A DNA stretch of 64,000 bases, from the NCBI GenBank assembly GCA_964537505.1, contig CAZICK010000008.1:262-64261 (forward strand). The letters are read 5' to 3'. The stretch comes from an uncultured Pirellulales bacterium (lineage in GTDB: Bacteria > Planctomycetota > Phycisphaerae > Sedimentisphaerales > SM23-30). The position numbers were made by a program, and so were the translations under genes. Below, piece by piece: positions 54,910-64,000 of the stretch (positions are counted from its first letter, which is position 1; each line of letters opens with the position of its first letter). The notes under the pieces were generated by a model. It made no database searches, was not told the DNA's origin, and saw nothing but the letters and a program-made list of their open reading frames with translations.

Positions 54910-56178
54910 ATGGCTGAAAAAGACATACATCCCGACAAAGAGCTTATCGCGGTTCTTAGCGCGTACCTGGACGGCGAACTGAGTCCGGGTCAGGCGGAAA
55001 AAATCGAGCGACGACTCGCTGAAGATCCCAGCATGCGACAATTACTGAACGAATTGGGACAGGTATCGCAAATGGTGCGTCAACTTGAGCGAACTAAAGC
55101 ACCGGACGGGCTGGCGGATGAGGTGACGCAACGGCTGGAACGCGATCTGCTGCTGGACAGAAGCGACGTCCTGGCGGAACTGGCTGGGGAGAAACATCTG
55201 CGGCTGCGACGGTTCGCCACGGCTGCGGCGATGGTTATGCTCATCGGAGCCATCGGAACCATTATCTATCACGTTTTGAGCAAACCCTACATCCCCCGAC
55301 CGGAAGGGGTAACAGATAAGTTTGTAGCCGTTGCTCCGGAAAAGCCACGAACAGTGGAAACACCGAAAATGACAGTAGCCGATGACGCAGCAGAGAAAGT
55401 CACAGGACCGGTTGAAACAGCGGTCGAAAAAGAGATTGAATCGATAATCGATAAAATATCCGAAATCAAATACAGCAACCTGAGATTAGTAGTTGCAGGT
55501 CCGGATATATTAACGGAAACCGGTCGATTGGAAAAACTGTTTGCCGATCAAAATATCAGGAAAGTAATCCGTAGTCAGATAAGCGAAAACTACTATCAAT
55601 ATGCCTTTGTATGTCCGACCGACCAGTTTCAACGCATTTTCGGCGGTATCAGGCATAAAGATAACCAAATCGACCTTGTCGTCAGCGACGATCAGGGCCA
55701 ATGTGTGGTTGTGCTACCGCGGGCAACGCAACAGCAGGCTATGAAACTGGCTGGCGAGGCAAATCCGACGGTGCAACTGACCCATGCGATGCAATTTGCC
55801 CTGGCGGATAATACTACACCTGGCCAGAATGACATCCATGCGGAATGGCTTCAATGGATTGCCAAAGAGCAACCATCGCTTGACGATCTGCGGGTACTCG
55901 CAAGACCGTCGGAAAAGGGCAACGAAGAAAAAATTGGAAAAATTTACAGGCCGGCATCGGAGGCATTAATGGCCTCTACCGAAGAGCCTGCCCAGTCTGA
56001 ACCGGCGCAATTGGTGGCTGTCGTAGTGGTTGTGCAATCCGCTGAAAAACCCGATGAAGATTCGAGTCCATCGCAGGATACCGGTCGATCTTCAATTAAA
56101 AGTAACATCGATACGCCTTCCATCGGGAATGATACCGGCGCCAATCTCGACCCCAATACGCCAAATAGCAATTTTTAG
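54910..56178 (+). CDS. Anti-sigma factor with one TM span and a long extracytoplasmic region
   Basis: The N-terminus LSAYLDGELSPGQAEKIERRLAEDP matches the anti-sigma N-terminal motif. The TM span is AAAMVMLIGAIGTIIY. It follows the ECF sigma gene. Confidence 0.7.
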   Translation: MAEKDIHPDKELIAVLSAYLDGELSPGQAEKIERRLAEDPSMRQLLNELGQVSQMVRQLERTKAPDGLADEVTQRLERDLLLDRSDVLAELAGEKHLRLRRFATAAAMVMLIGAIGTIIYHVLSKPYIPRPEGVTDKFVAVAPEKPRTVETPKMTVADDAAEKVTGPVETAVEKEIESIIDKISEIKYSNLRLVVAGPDILTETGRLEKLFADQNIRKVIRSQISENYYQYAFVCPTDQFQRIFGGIRHKDNQIDLVVSDDQGQCVVVLPRATQQQAMKLAGEANPTVQLTHAMQFALADNTTPGQNDIHAEWLQWIAKEQPSLDDLRVLARPSEKGNEEKIGKIYRPASEALMASTEEPAQSEPAQLVAVVVVVQSAEKPDEDSSPSQDTGRSSIKSNIDTPSIGNDTGANLDPNTPNSNF

Positions 56179-56444
56179 AGATCAACTTAATCCGGACATT
56201 TCACCCGCCAAAGCGAAAAACTCGTAAAAAAATACTCCCGGCATATAGTTTTTTCATTGCCGGCCTTGTATTGTTCCGGATTTTAGAGTAAACTAACGAG
56301 GTTCCTGGATCGATCAGGTTCGATCGGACGACATCCAGAGAACTTGACGGTATGCCCAGTTGGGCATAAAAGTTTTGTTTGTAATTTTTACAATTTGTTG
56401 TTTCGCAAAGGGTTACGAAAATCGTAACAAGAATTGCTACAGGA

Positions 56445-56527
56445 GGGTCGGTGCCCGAGTGGTTAAAGGGAGCGGGCTGTAAACCCGCTGGCGTAAGCCT
56501 ACGTTGGTTCGAACCCAACCCGGCCCA
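56445..56527 (+). tRNA. tRNA-Tyr (anticodon GUA), class II with a long variable arm
   Basis: In my hand fold the acceptor stem is GGGTCGG/CCGGCCC and the anticodon stem GCGGG/CCCGC. The loop is CTGTAAA, the variable arm TGGCGTAAGCCTAC and the T-arm GTTGG-TTCGAAC-CCAAC. The molecule is 83 nt. Confidence 0.85.
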
Positions 56528-56594
56528 TTTTCTATCGCCGAGGAGACAGAACCTCTCAGCGAAGGCGATATGACTGACTATCAGGTAAAAAATA

Positions 56595-57086
56595 ATGAAA
56601 ATAGGCATAATTGCCGACACGCATGACCACCATCGGAACATACTTGCCGCGGTGGAAATTTTCAACGAACAGAAAGTTGACTATGTTTTGCACGCCGGCG
56701 ATATTGTCTCGCCGTTTGCGGCCAAGGCATTTGGTAAGCTGGACCGGGCTAAATTCATCGCGGTTTTCGGCAATAACGAAGGTGAAAAACTGTTCTTGCA
56801 ATCGACGATAGCCGGGTTCGGAGGTGAAATTTATGGGCATTGCTATAAAAACACTATCGCCGGCAAACATATATACATGACCCACCTTCACGACGATGTG
56901 GACGAAATTGCCAATAGCCAGATGTATGACTTGGTCATCTACGGCCACACCCACAAGCAGGATATTCGCCTGACAGGCAAGACCCTGATAGTTAACCCGG
57001 GCGAGACAACCGACTGGATTACCGGCTCGGCTCAGATAGTCATCCTCGAACTTGACGATATGAGCTACGAGGTAGTAGTGTTATAA
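56595..57086 (+). CDS. YfcE/MJ0936-family metallophosphoesterase
   Basis: The motifs [18 protein letters not shown] and GHTH are present. Confidence 0.8.
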   Translation: MKIGIIADTHDHHRNILAAVEIFNEQKVDYVLHAGDIVSPFAAKAFGKLDRAKFIAVFGNNEGEKLFLQSTIAGFGGEIYGHCYKNTIAGKHIYMTHLHDDVDEIANSQMYDLVIYGHTHKQDIRLTGKTLIVNPGETTDWITGSAQIVILELDDMSYEVVVL

Positions 57087-57112
57087 TAAAGGGAGCCTCT
57101 AAAGTCGTTCTT

Positions 57113-57790
57113 ATGGAGTTTTTTGCTATGGTGATGAGATGTTTTCTAATATGTGTGATTCTAAGCTGTTTCGGCGGATGCGAACCGGCTGAAACGCCCC
57201 CAAAACCCCAAACTCCCAAGGAGCAGCCTGATATGACAAAAAAATCAGAGCCACGTAAGGAGCAAGCTGATATGGCAAAAGAATCAGGGCCACGTGTTAC
57301 CCTGAAAACTACCAAGGGAGATATTATTATCGAACTCGATTCTGAAAAGGCGCCCGTTACCGTTGGAAACTTTCTGCGTTATGTGGATGAGGGTTTTTAC
57401 AACGGTATCATATTCCACCGGGTGATTTCCAACTTTATGATACAGGGCGGCGGGTTTACCGCTGACAAAAACCAGAAGGCCACGCACGGGCCGATAACCA
57501 ACGAAGCTTCCAACGGCTTGAAAAACAACCGCGGTACCATCGCCATGGCCAGAACGTCCAATCCTGACAGCGCCACCTGCCAGTTTTTTATCAATGTTGT
57601 AGATAATGGTGCCCTTAATTATGCCGGACCTGCCAACCCCGGGTACGCCGTTTTTGGCAAGGTAGTAGAGGGTATGGACGCGGTTGACGCCATTCGTAAT
57701 GTAAAAACCGCCAATCAGGGCGGAGCATTCGCCAATGCCCCGGTCGAGCCGGTAATAATTGAGACGGCATCACGCCTCGGAACACCATAG
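57113..57790 (+). CDS. Cyclophilin-type peptidyl-prolyl cis-trans isomerase with an N-terminal signal/lipoprotein anchor
   Basis: The anchor reads ILSCFGGC. The motifs [14 protein letters not shown] and GTIAMAR...CQFFIN are present. Confidence 0.85.
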   Translation: MEFFAMVMRCFLICVILSCFGGCEPAETPPKPQTPKEQPDMTKKSEPRKEQADMAKESGPRVTLKTTKGDIIIELDSEKAPVTVGNFLRYVDEGFYNGIIFHRVISNFMIQGGGFTADKNQKATHGPITNEASNGLKNNRGTIAMARTSNPDSATCQFFINVVDNGALNYAGPANPGYAVFGKVVEGMDAVDAIRNVKTANQGGAFANAPVEPVIIETASRLGTP

Positions 57791-58108
57791 TAATCCGCGT
57801 TGGACAAAGTTAACGCAAACATCAATGTTCCATCGGGCAAGCTGGCTCCAGAAAAGTCTATCTTACCCGGCTACCCTATTTTACCGGATTTAACCCGGAT
57901 CGGACGGGATTGGGTAATTCACAATCGCGGGCCAAGACCGGCGATATCTTACGTAACCAACTCTTTTAGCGTAACTTACGTTGACTCTTGGCACAGTCAG
58001 GTCGGACCACTGTCTTAAACGACAAATTGCAAGTGCAATCCCTACAACCTCTACAATACAATCTAACCCTATTAAGAATAATACATTACAAACAAGACAG
58101 GATTTAAG

Positions 58109-58137
58109 TTGACAAAACCGTGAGACGATAGTTAAAT
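58109..58137 (+). promoter_or_regulatory. Sigma70-type promoter of the signalling cassette
   Basis: The sequence reads TTGACA-N17-TTAAAT. The leader contains a 7-bp hairpin (ATAGGTA/TACCTAT) at 58146-58173. Confidence 0.45.
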
Positions 58138-58247
58138 TGGGAAACATAGGTAAGCTGAGAGGGGCATACCTATTGGGTTCCTGTGTTGTGTCGAAGCTGT
58201 ATTAGTTTTAGGTCTGAATTAGTTGGTCCATGTGGAGATGTAAAATC

Positions 58248-58811
58248 ATGAAGAACGTATATTCCACAGGTGAGGCTGCGGCAATTTGCAAGATAAGCCA
58301 GCAAACAGTCATTCGCTGCTTTGATTCCGGACGTCTGCAGGGATTTCGTGTACCTGGTTCACGTTTCCGTCGGATACCACGCGAAAGCATTGTTAAGTTC
58401 ATGAAGGAAAATGAGATACCCATGAACAATCTGGATTCGGACCGCAGTAAAATATTGGTGGTTGACGATGATCCGGAAATTGTCGAGTTGATGGTGGATG
58501 TTCTGGAACGGGACGGCCGATTTGAGGTCAAAACCGCCACCAGCGGGTATGACGCCGGGGTGATGACGCAGGAATTTCAGCCGAATCTGATGATTTTGGA
58601 TTATATGCTGCCCGACGTCAACGGTAACGTTGTTTGCAAGACAATACGGCAGAATCCGGTTTTCGAGCAGATGAAAATTATTATCGTCAGCGGCGTAGTC
58701 AATAGGGATGAGATCGATCACCTTCTGGGGGTCGGCGCCGATACATTTCTCCAAAAACCTTTCAGTATCGACGAGTTGATCGAGAAGATTACGGTACTTC
58801 TTAAGATATAA
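58248..58811 (+). CDS. Response regulator with an N-terminal excisionase/MerR-type HTH and a C-terminal receiver domain
   Basis: The HTH reads YSTGEAAAICKISQQTVIRCFDSGRLQGFRVPGSRFRRI. The receiver contains KILVVDDD, the acceptor context LMILDYMLPD and QKPF. A GGAG SD precedes the ATG at 58248. Confidence 0.8.
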   Translation: MKNVYSTGEAAAICKISQQTVIRCFDSGRLQGFRVPGSRFRRIPRESIVKFMKENEIPMNNLDSDRSKILVVDDDPEIVELMVDVLERDGRFEVKTATSGYDAGVMTQEFQPNLMILDYMLPDVNGNVVCKTIRQNPVFEQMKIIIVSGVVNRDEIDHLLGVGADTFLQKPFSIDELIEKITVLLKI

Positions 58812-58891
58812 CTAATCTGCGCCAGCATCTATACCAAATGAGTATAACAATCACTGCTTGGACAAAACGGGAAAAACGGGTAACCTGATAT

Positions 58892-61189
58892 ATGAATACA
58901 CCCCAGCAAACAGACCAGTCAAAGGGCAGGAAAATTGAGCTGGTAATCCAGCAACTCGACAGTCTGCCTACCCTGCCGGCGGTGGCGGCCCGATTGCTGG
59001 AGATTACAGTCAAAAGCGACACGCAGGCTCAGGAGGTAGTGCGGCTGATCGAATCTGATCCGTCGTTGGCCAGCAGGATTATCGCAATGTCAGTCCGGGC
59101 AAGCATGGAAGTGGATCGGAGAACCACCTCTTCACTCAACAAAGCTGTAGTATTATTAGGCTTTGACGCGGTCCGCAATGCTGTACTGAGCATTAAGGTG
59201 TTCGAGACCCTCAACAAAAACGAGGGAAGTAACGACAGCACCATCTTTGACAGGGTCAGTTTCTGGAAACACAGTCTGGCGGTGGCTTGCGGCGCTAAAA
59301 TGCTCATCAGGCACATCGATACAAAGGTTGATCCGGACGAAGCTTTTGTCTGCGGATTGCTGCACGACATCGGAAAAGTGGCTCTGGATAGCTGCCTTCC
59401 GAAAAGTTTTGCACGTGTAGTTCAACTGACAGAATCATCGATGACCAATATCGCCGAGGTGGAAAAAAGAATAATCGGCATGGATCACTGTGCGGTTGGC
59501 CGACGGCTCGCGGAAAAATGGCGTTTGCCCGAGGCCATAATAGAAACCGTCTGGCTCCATCATCAGTGGATTCACGGCCTGCCGGATGCAGTCAAAAATG
59601 CCAGTATAGTTCAAACGGTACATTTGGCCGACGTCTTGGCCAGGCAATATCGAATGGGCTATTCAGGAAACCATTATTTGCCGGATTCGGCGGAGACAAT
59701 AGGTCAGGAATTAGGATGTCCGGGCTCCGTGATCGAACATATAGCCAGGCAACTGCCCGATGAAATCAGCGAACGTGCCTCTCTGATGGGCCTGGACGAT
59801 ATCGAACCGAAAGACATTTATCACGAGGCCCTGAAAGAAGCAAACTGCCAACTGGGCAAACTAAATACCATACTACAACATCAAAATCAAACGCTGCAGA
59901 TGCGCAGCCGTTATTTCGATTCTTTGGAACAGTTAGGTTCGTCGGTACAACCGGGCCAGTCGGTGGTGGACGTATGCAGCCTGATTGCCAGGATATGGCA
60001 GGCACACACCGGTTGTGATCGTTGCGGAGTGTATGCTACAACCGAAGATGAATTGATTATCGAAGGAGCGGTCAGGACAAATCTCAAAAGTGATCCGACC
60101 ATATTCATGGTGGACCGCACGGACGATCCGGCTGCCATTGGCACCCGTGGCGGGTCTATGGAGTTTCCCACAAACTTTGCCATTTCGCCGGCACAGGAAT
60201 CTCACGACTGGTTTTTTGAGCAGGTGGATCCTATGTTCGAAGCCAGGTCCACGCTGGTAATGCCTTTGCGACTTGGCGATGAACTGGCCGGAGGGGTGCT
60301 GTGGCAATCCGATAAGGATCAAGGTTATTACAAACAGCAAATCAAAGAAATGCAGTCCTTTGCTGCCAGCGCAGCACTGATGGTTTGCCAGGCCCGGAAA
60401 CAGGAAAAACAATCGATCTTCTGTGATCAGTTAGCTCAAAATAATATGCAACTTCAGAAAATACAACAGGAATTATCGCATAAACGCAGCTTAGCCGCTG
60501 TGGGAGAAATGGCTTGTGGGGCCGCTCATGAGATCAACAATCCTTTGGCGGTGGTGGTGGGACGCTCGCAGTTGCTGGCTTCCGGCGAAACAGACTCCGA
60601 GAAAAAAAAGATACTGGAGACCATTGCGAGCAACGGCCAGGAAATCTCCAAGATCATTACAGAATTATTAGAATTTGCAAAACCAGCCTTGCCGAAACCT
60701 TCAACGGTAAGCGCCGAGGCCCTGATAACCAAGGCAACCAGTGCGTGCGCGGAAGCGGCTCAGGCCGGCAATGTGGTAATTGATACTCTCATCGACGAAT
60801 ATCTTCCCGATGTGTTTGTAGATTTCGAACAAACAAGTTCGGCTTTGTCGGAAGTACTCGCCAACGCCATCGAATCTTATCAAAACCGGGAAGAAGGTAC
60901 GGTAACGATTACAGCCGGATATGACGAACTGGATGAAAAAGTTTTTGTCGAAATTAAAGATCACGGCTGCGGTATGGACAAAGATACATTGCACAAGGCG
61001 ACCAGCCCGTTCTTTTCGGGTAAACAGGCTGGACGCAAACGAGGTCTGGGTCTCAGCCGCAGTGTCAGAAATATTGAAAGCAATCGAGGAACTTTGCATC
61101 TGCAAAGTGAACCGGGCAAAGGATCTCGTGCCAGAATAGCACTGCCGATTCTACGGACACCGGTCGCTGATGAAGCGGCCGTGATTTAA
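58892..61189 (+). CDS. Cytoplasmic sensor histidine kinase: HDOD + GAF-like + HisKA/HATPase
   Basis: The HDOD domain contains LPTLPAVAARLLEI...LIESDPSLASRI and LLHDIGK. The H-box is AHEINNPLAVV, G1 is DHGCGMD and G2 is GLGLSRS. Confidence 0.85.
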   Translation: MNTPQQTDQSKGRKIELVIQQLDSLPTLPAVAARLLEITVKSDTQAQEVVRLIESDPSLASRIIAMSVRASMEVDRRTTSSLNKAVVLLGFDAVRNAVLSIKVFETLNKNEGSNDSTIFDRVSFWKHSLAVACGAKMLIRHIDTKVDPDEAFVCGLLHDIGKVALDSCLPKSFARVVQLTESSMTNIAEVEKRIIGMDHCAVGRRLAEKWRLPEAIIETVWLHHQWIHGLPDAVKNASIVQTVHLADVLARQYRMGYSGNHYLPDSAETIGQELGCPGSVIEHIARQLPDEISERASLMGLDDIEPKDIYHEALKEANCQLGKLNTILQHQNQTLQMRSRYFDSLEQLGSSVQPGQSVVDVCSLIARIWQAHTGCDRCGVYATTEDELIIEGAVRTNLKSDPTIFMVDRTDDPAAIGTRGGSMEFPTNFAISPAQESHDWFFEQVDPMFEARSTLVMPLRLGDELAGGVLWQSDKDQGYYKQQIKEMQSFAASAALMVCQARKQEKQSIFCDQLAQNNMQLQKIQQELSHKRSLAAVGEMACGAAHEINNPLAVVVGRSQLLASGETDSEKKKILETIASNGQEISKIITELLEFAKPALPKPSTVSAEALITKATSACAEAAQAGNVVIDTLIDEYLPDVFVDFEQTSSALSEVLANAIESYQNREEGTVTITAGYDELDEKVFVEIKDHGCGMDKDTLHKATSPFFSGKQAGRKRGLGLSRSVRNIESNRGTLHLQSEPGKGSRARIALPILRTPVADEAAVI

Positions 61190-61269
61190 TCGCATAGAAA
61201 ATTTGTATTTAACCTGCGTTTTTCCGTTGAGTTGGCATAATACTGTCTTGCTTAACGCAAGTCAGTCCG

Positions 61270-62433
61270 GTGAAAGCTGGTAATTCGACCGACAGCAAAG
61301 GATTCCGGCAAAACCTGGTTTTTCGGAAGGGAGAGAAGTTGAGGAGAATAGAGGATTCTAATCGTATAAATATACTATCGTTGCTGAACGGCGATATGGA
61401 GGATCGTCTGCGCCGGCAGATAGAAGGGAATAATAATCTTTGTTATCGAAAAGCTGAATTGCCTGCGGACTGTTCGCTGCCCGAGGCGATAATCGACAGC
61501 TCTTTCTGGTCGCTGTTGCCTGCGGAGAATGTCGATGTGGTGCTGCTGGCGGTAACCGGCCCGGATATGCAACGTTTGAACCGGAAGGTCGAGGAAAAAA
61601 CTTCCAGCAGGAATCTGACGGGACAATTCTGGAAAGAAACGTCCATAGCGGTAGTTGCGGTTCTGGTGGAAGACTCAGTACATGATGCCGTACAGGCGGC
61701 AAAGCTGGATTTCGACGGCATTATTGCCGAACCGTTTCTGGCCCGGCAGTTGCCGGGTATTTTTCAGCAGGCGATAGAACGCAGCCGGGGCAGACATTAC
61801 ATTACCAGCCGCTATCGCAGGATGCGGCATCTGTTTCGAAACGTTAATCGCAATCGCCGGCAGTTGCGAAACAAAATGGACCTGCTTTGCCGTGATCTGG
61901 TCCAGTCCAACGCCAATTTGACCAATACCCTGCACGATCTGCGCCGAATTTATAATTTTCAAAGCGATCTGACCGGTGAATTTGATTTGTGTTATATGTT
62001 GCACAAGGCGCTGCGACAGATCAAAGAGCAGATACCTGAATCGAGTGCTGTTGTTTATCTTTGCAGCAGTGACAAGATCGAAGCTCACATCTCAGGTCCA
62101 TGGTACGATAACCGGCGAGACCTCAATGAGATTGAAAAGCTGCTGAAGGAAACCGTCATCAGCGAACTAATTACCTCGGGGCGTCTGATATTGACCGGGG
62201 ATGCGGGCGCTTGCCAGAAAATACCACCAAAACAACGCAAGGAACTGGCGGGACTGTCGCTTATGGCACTGCCGTTGTTTTTGGACAATGAGCTGCTGGG
62301 CGGATTGGTCGTATATCGTAATTGGAGCAGCCCTTTGACCGTTTCCGAAAGCAACTTCGTAAAACCATATCTGCCGCCGCTGGCTCGCGCCATTGAGGCA
62401 ATACAAAAACTCAATTCCTTGATAGTCCGATAA
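61270..62433 (+). CDS. Signalling protein with a degenerate receiver-like N-terminus, a coiled coil and a GAF-like C-terminus
   Basis: The receiver-like strands are VDVVLLAV and VVAVLVEDS...GIIAEPF, with the acceptor Asp and conserved Lys apparently replaced. The C-terminus reads LMALPLFLDNELLGGLVVY. The start is uncertain. Confidence 0.45.
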   Translation: MKAGNSTDSKGFRQNLVFRKGEKLRRIEDSNRINILSLLNGDMEDRLRRQIEGNNNLCYRKAELPADCSLPEAIIDSSFWSLLPAENVDVVLLAVTGPDMQRLNRKVEEKTSSRNLTGQFWKETSIAVVAVLVEDSVHDAVQAAKLDFDGIIAEPFLARQLPGIFQQAIERSRGRHYITSRYRRMRHLFRNVNRNRRQLRNKMDLLCRDLVQSNANLTNTLHDLRRIYNFQSDLTGEFDLCYMLHKALRQIKEQIPESSAVVYLCSSDKIEAHISGPWYDNRRDLNEIEKLLKETVISELITSGRLILTGDAGACQKIPPKQRKELAGLSLMALPLFLDNELLGGLVVYRNWSSPLTVSESNFVKPYLPPLARAIEAIQKLNSLIVR

Positions 62434-62609
62434 AACGCCTCCACAAAAAAAACCACCCTCTCAACTCCGAAAGTTCACACAACAGACTTTCGCTCAGTAG
62501 CGGCCTCGCTTGCCAATCGACCGATATCGCCGCAAGCCCCGCAAAACTCATCAACGATAAATTCTGCAAAAACAACCAGTTAGAGTGAGCTTGAACTGCC
62601 CTGCCAGGA

Positions 62610-62783
62610 TTACTCCATTTCCAAGGCCCCTTCGGGGCACTCGTCCACACAAACTCCGCAATCGACGCATTCATCGCTGTCAACCACAACTTTTTCGTCC
62701 ACGAGCTTTAACGCTTCGCTTGGACAGGCGTCCACACAAGCTCCACATCCGCTACACTTTTCCAAATCTATTTTTACGCTCAT
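62610..62783 (-). CDS. 2x[4Fe-4S] ferredoxin (57 aa), absent from the ORF track
   Basis: The hand translation is MSVKIDLEKCSGCGACVDACPSEALKLVDEKVVVDSDECVDCGVCVDECPEGALEME. It contains two CxxCxxCxxxCP motifs. A GGAG SD sits 7 nt before the ATG. Confidence 0.85.
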   Translation of the reverse strand: MSVKIDLEKCSGCGACVDACPSEALKLVDEKVVVDSDECVDCGVCVDECPEGALEME

Positions 62784-63108
62784 GAAAATCTCCTGTTCTT
62801 TACAAAAAGTTCCGCATAATCACAGATAATTTTCACCCCTATAATAGAAACCTTGATGGATTTCAATAAATAATTCAAAAAAACTTGGGGCGATTCGAGA
62901 AAACCGGTGCAATATCGACGCCGGCGACAAAAAGATTGTGAAACGTCGATTCTGATACCAAAGCAACGCTTCAGGCGTGAATATCAACTTCTGACGCCAA
63001 CTATATTACGCCTTTATTTAGAGAACGGCTGAATTGGACACAACGTAACTCCTTGCTAAACATACAGTTATATTCTACTTGGCGTCAAATAACCGGCAAT
63101 AAAAGTTT

Positions 63109-63136
63109 TTGCGATATCTCTGAGAAAGGCTATAAT
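63109..63136 (+). promoter_or_regulatory. Sigma70-type promoter upstream of hisF
   Basis: The sequence reads TTGCGA-N16-TATAAT. Confidence 0.45.
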
Positions 63137-63205
63137 TCTGGAGTGGTTTTTTAGTTGGCTGGATTCAGCCAGAGTGATTGTTGTGTGCCAAACGGAGAAG
63201 TAAGA

Positions 63206-63967
63206 ATGGACAAACAAGTTAGTATTATGCCTTGTCTGGATATGCAAAATGGGCGAGTGGTTAAAGGTGTTCATTTTGTCGATATTCGCGATGCCGGCGA
63301 CCCGGTAGAATGTGCCCTGGCGTATTGTCAGGCTGGGGCTGATGAGCTGGCTCTGCTGGACATAACGGCTACAGTCGAGAATCGACCTACTATGCTGGAT
63401 GTGGTTAAACGAGTGGCCAAGGCCGCGACGGTTCCATTTACGGTCGGTGGTGGTATTTGCGATGTCGCCTCGGCGGCGGCGGTACTGGAGGCCGGCGCAG
63501 ACAAAATATCGACCAGCAGTGCGGCTTTCCGAAAGCCGAATGTGATCCGCGAGATGGTGGCCCAGTTCGGTCCGGAGAAGGTTACCGTCGCTATAGATGT
63601 GGACGTAAACGATTCACTGCCTTGTGGTTATGAAGTTTATATTGACGGCGGTCGCACGGCCACCGGGGCCGACGCACTCGAATGGGCCAGGAAGGTTGAC
63701 GGTTTTGGCGTTGAGGTGATTCTGCCGACCAGTAAGGCCGGCGACGGCGCCAAAACGGGATATGATCTGCCGGTTATCAGGGCCATGGCTGGTGCGTGCT
63801 CAGCTTCGATAGTGGCATCCGGAGGCGCCGGCAAGATGGAGCATTTCTATGAGGCGGTGGAGGCCGGCGCGACAATTCTGCTGGCTGCGTCGGTATTCCA
63901 TTTTCACATCATCGATATACCAGAATTGAAAGAATATCTGCGAAGTCGGGGTTTGAAGACGAAATAG
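63206..63967 (+). CDS. hisF: Imidazole glycerol phosphate synthase cyclase subunit
   Basis: The N-terminus contains IMPCLDMQNGRVVKGV. The motifs FTVGGGI and ASGGAG are present. I trimmed the start to 63206, which has a GGAGAAG SD. Confidence 0.9.
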   Translation: MDKQVSIMPCLDMQNGRVVKGVHFVDIRDAGDPVECALAYCQAGADELALLDITATVENRPTMLDVVKRVAKAATVPFTVGGGICDVASAAAVLEAGADKISTSSAAFRKPNVIREMVAQFGPEKVTVAIDVDVNDSLPCGYEVYIDGGRTATGADALEWARKVDGFGVEVILPTSKAGDGAKTGYDLPVIRAMAGACSASIVASGGAGKMEHFYEAVEAGATILLAASVFHFHIIDIPELKEYLRSRGLKTK

Positions 63968-64000
63968 TAGCATTACCAGGCCGGGGCTGGAGCACATTCA

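Noticed and set aside
56201-56665. A 154-aa minus-strand ORF
   Set aside because: It spans the tRNA-Tyr gene and its flanks. Its translation has no motifs.
1-64000. CRISPR arrays, transposases, integrases, phage or defence-system genes
   Set aside because: I saw no regularly spaced direct repeats. No ORF carries a recognisable recombinase, nuclease-helicase or reverse-transcriptase motif. The window reads as core chromosome.

Overview
The 64-kb window looks like ordinary chromosome, about 50% GC and densely coded. I call about 52 protein genes and 2 tRNAs (Pro-UGG, Tyr-GUA). I found no transposase, integrase, phage gene or CRISPR array. All functional calls rest on motifs read in the translated ORFs; no database search was possible.

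The gene content points to an anaerobic, polysaccharide-degrading member of the Planctomycetota/PVC group, possibly Phycisphaerae-like. This is an inference from three groups of genes:
- Regulators and domain families: ECF sigma/anti-sigma pairs, HDOD proteins, DUF1080 domains.
- Secreted and glycan-active enzymes: a TAT-exported Gfo/Idh/MocA oxidoreductase, a sulfatase-like enzyme, a GH29 fucosidase.
- Anaerobic redox genes: a tungsten-type aldehyde:ferredoxin oxidoreductase, NfnAB-like genes and a small ferredoxin.

Housekeeping genes present are pstSCAB, hflX, ribD, pepA-folE, tilS-panE, a phosphomannomutase, purB, hisF and flgM.

Most interesting candidates:
1. 42568-46979: one promoter drives two tandemly duplicated discoidin-domain (lipo)proteins with Pro/Thr-rich linkers, a translationally coupled PMT/ArnT-like GT-C membrane glycosyltransferase, and ApbE. 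A GT2 polyprenyl-phosphate-sugar synthase-like gene and a phosphomannomutase lie within 10 kb. I propose a protein O-glycosylation cassette that encodes its own substrates.
2. 48816-52273: a TAT-exported Gfo/Idh/MocA oxidoreductase is paired with a DUF1080 / xylose-isomerase-like TIM barrel / DUF1080 triple fusion. This may be a periplasmic oxidative (3-keto) glycoside-cleavage module.
3. 58109-62433: a signalling cassette of an excisionase-HTH receiver, an HDOD-GAF histidine kinase and a degenerate receiver-GAF protein.
4. 13129-17988: a secreted cyclophilin with a roughly 450-aa repeat-bearing extension lies next to a 928-aa secreted orphan protein.
5. 5704-7215: a cysteine-less Rrf2 regulator heads pstSCAB, and no phoU is present.
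6. Items missing from the ORF track: a 57-aa 2x[4Fe-4S] ferredoxin, a 57-aa acidic ORF, and an orphan promoter-terminator unit that may be a roughly 60-nt sRNA.
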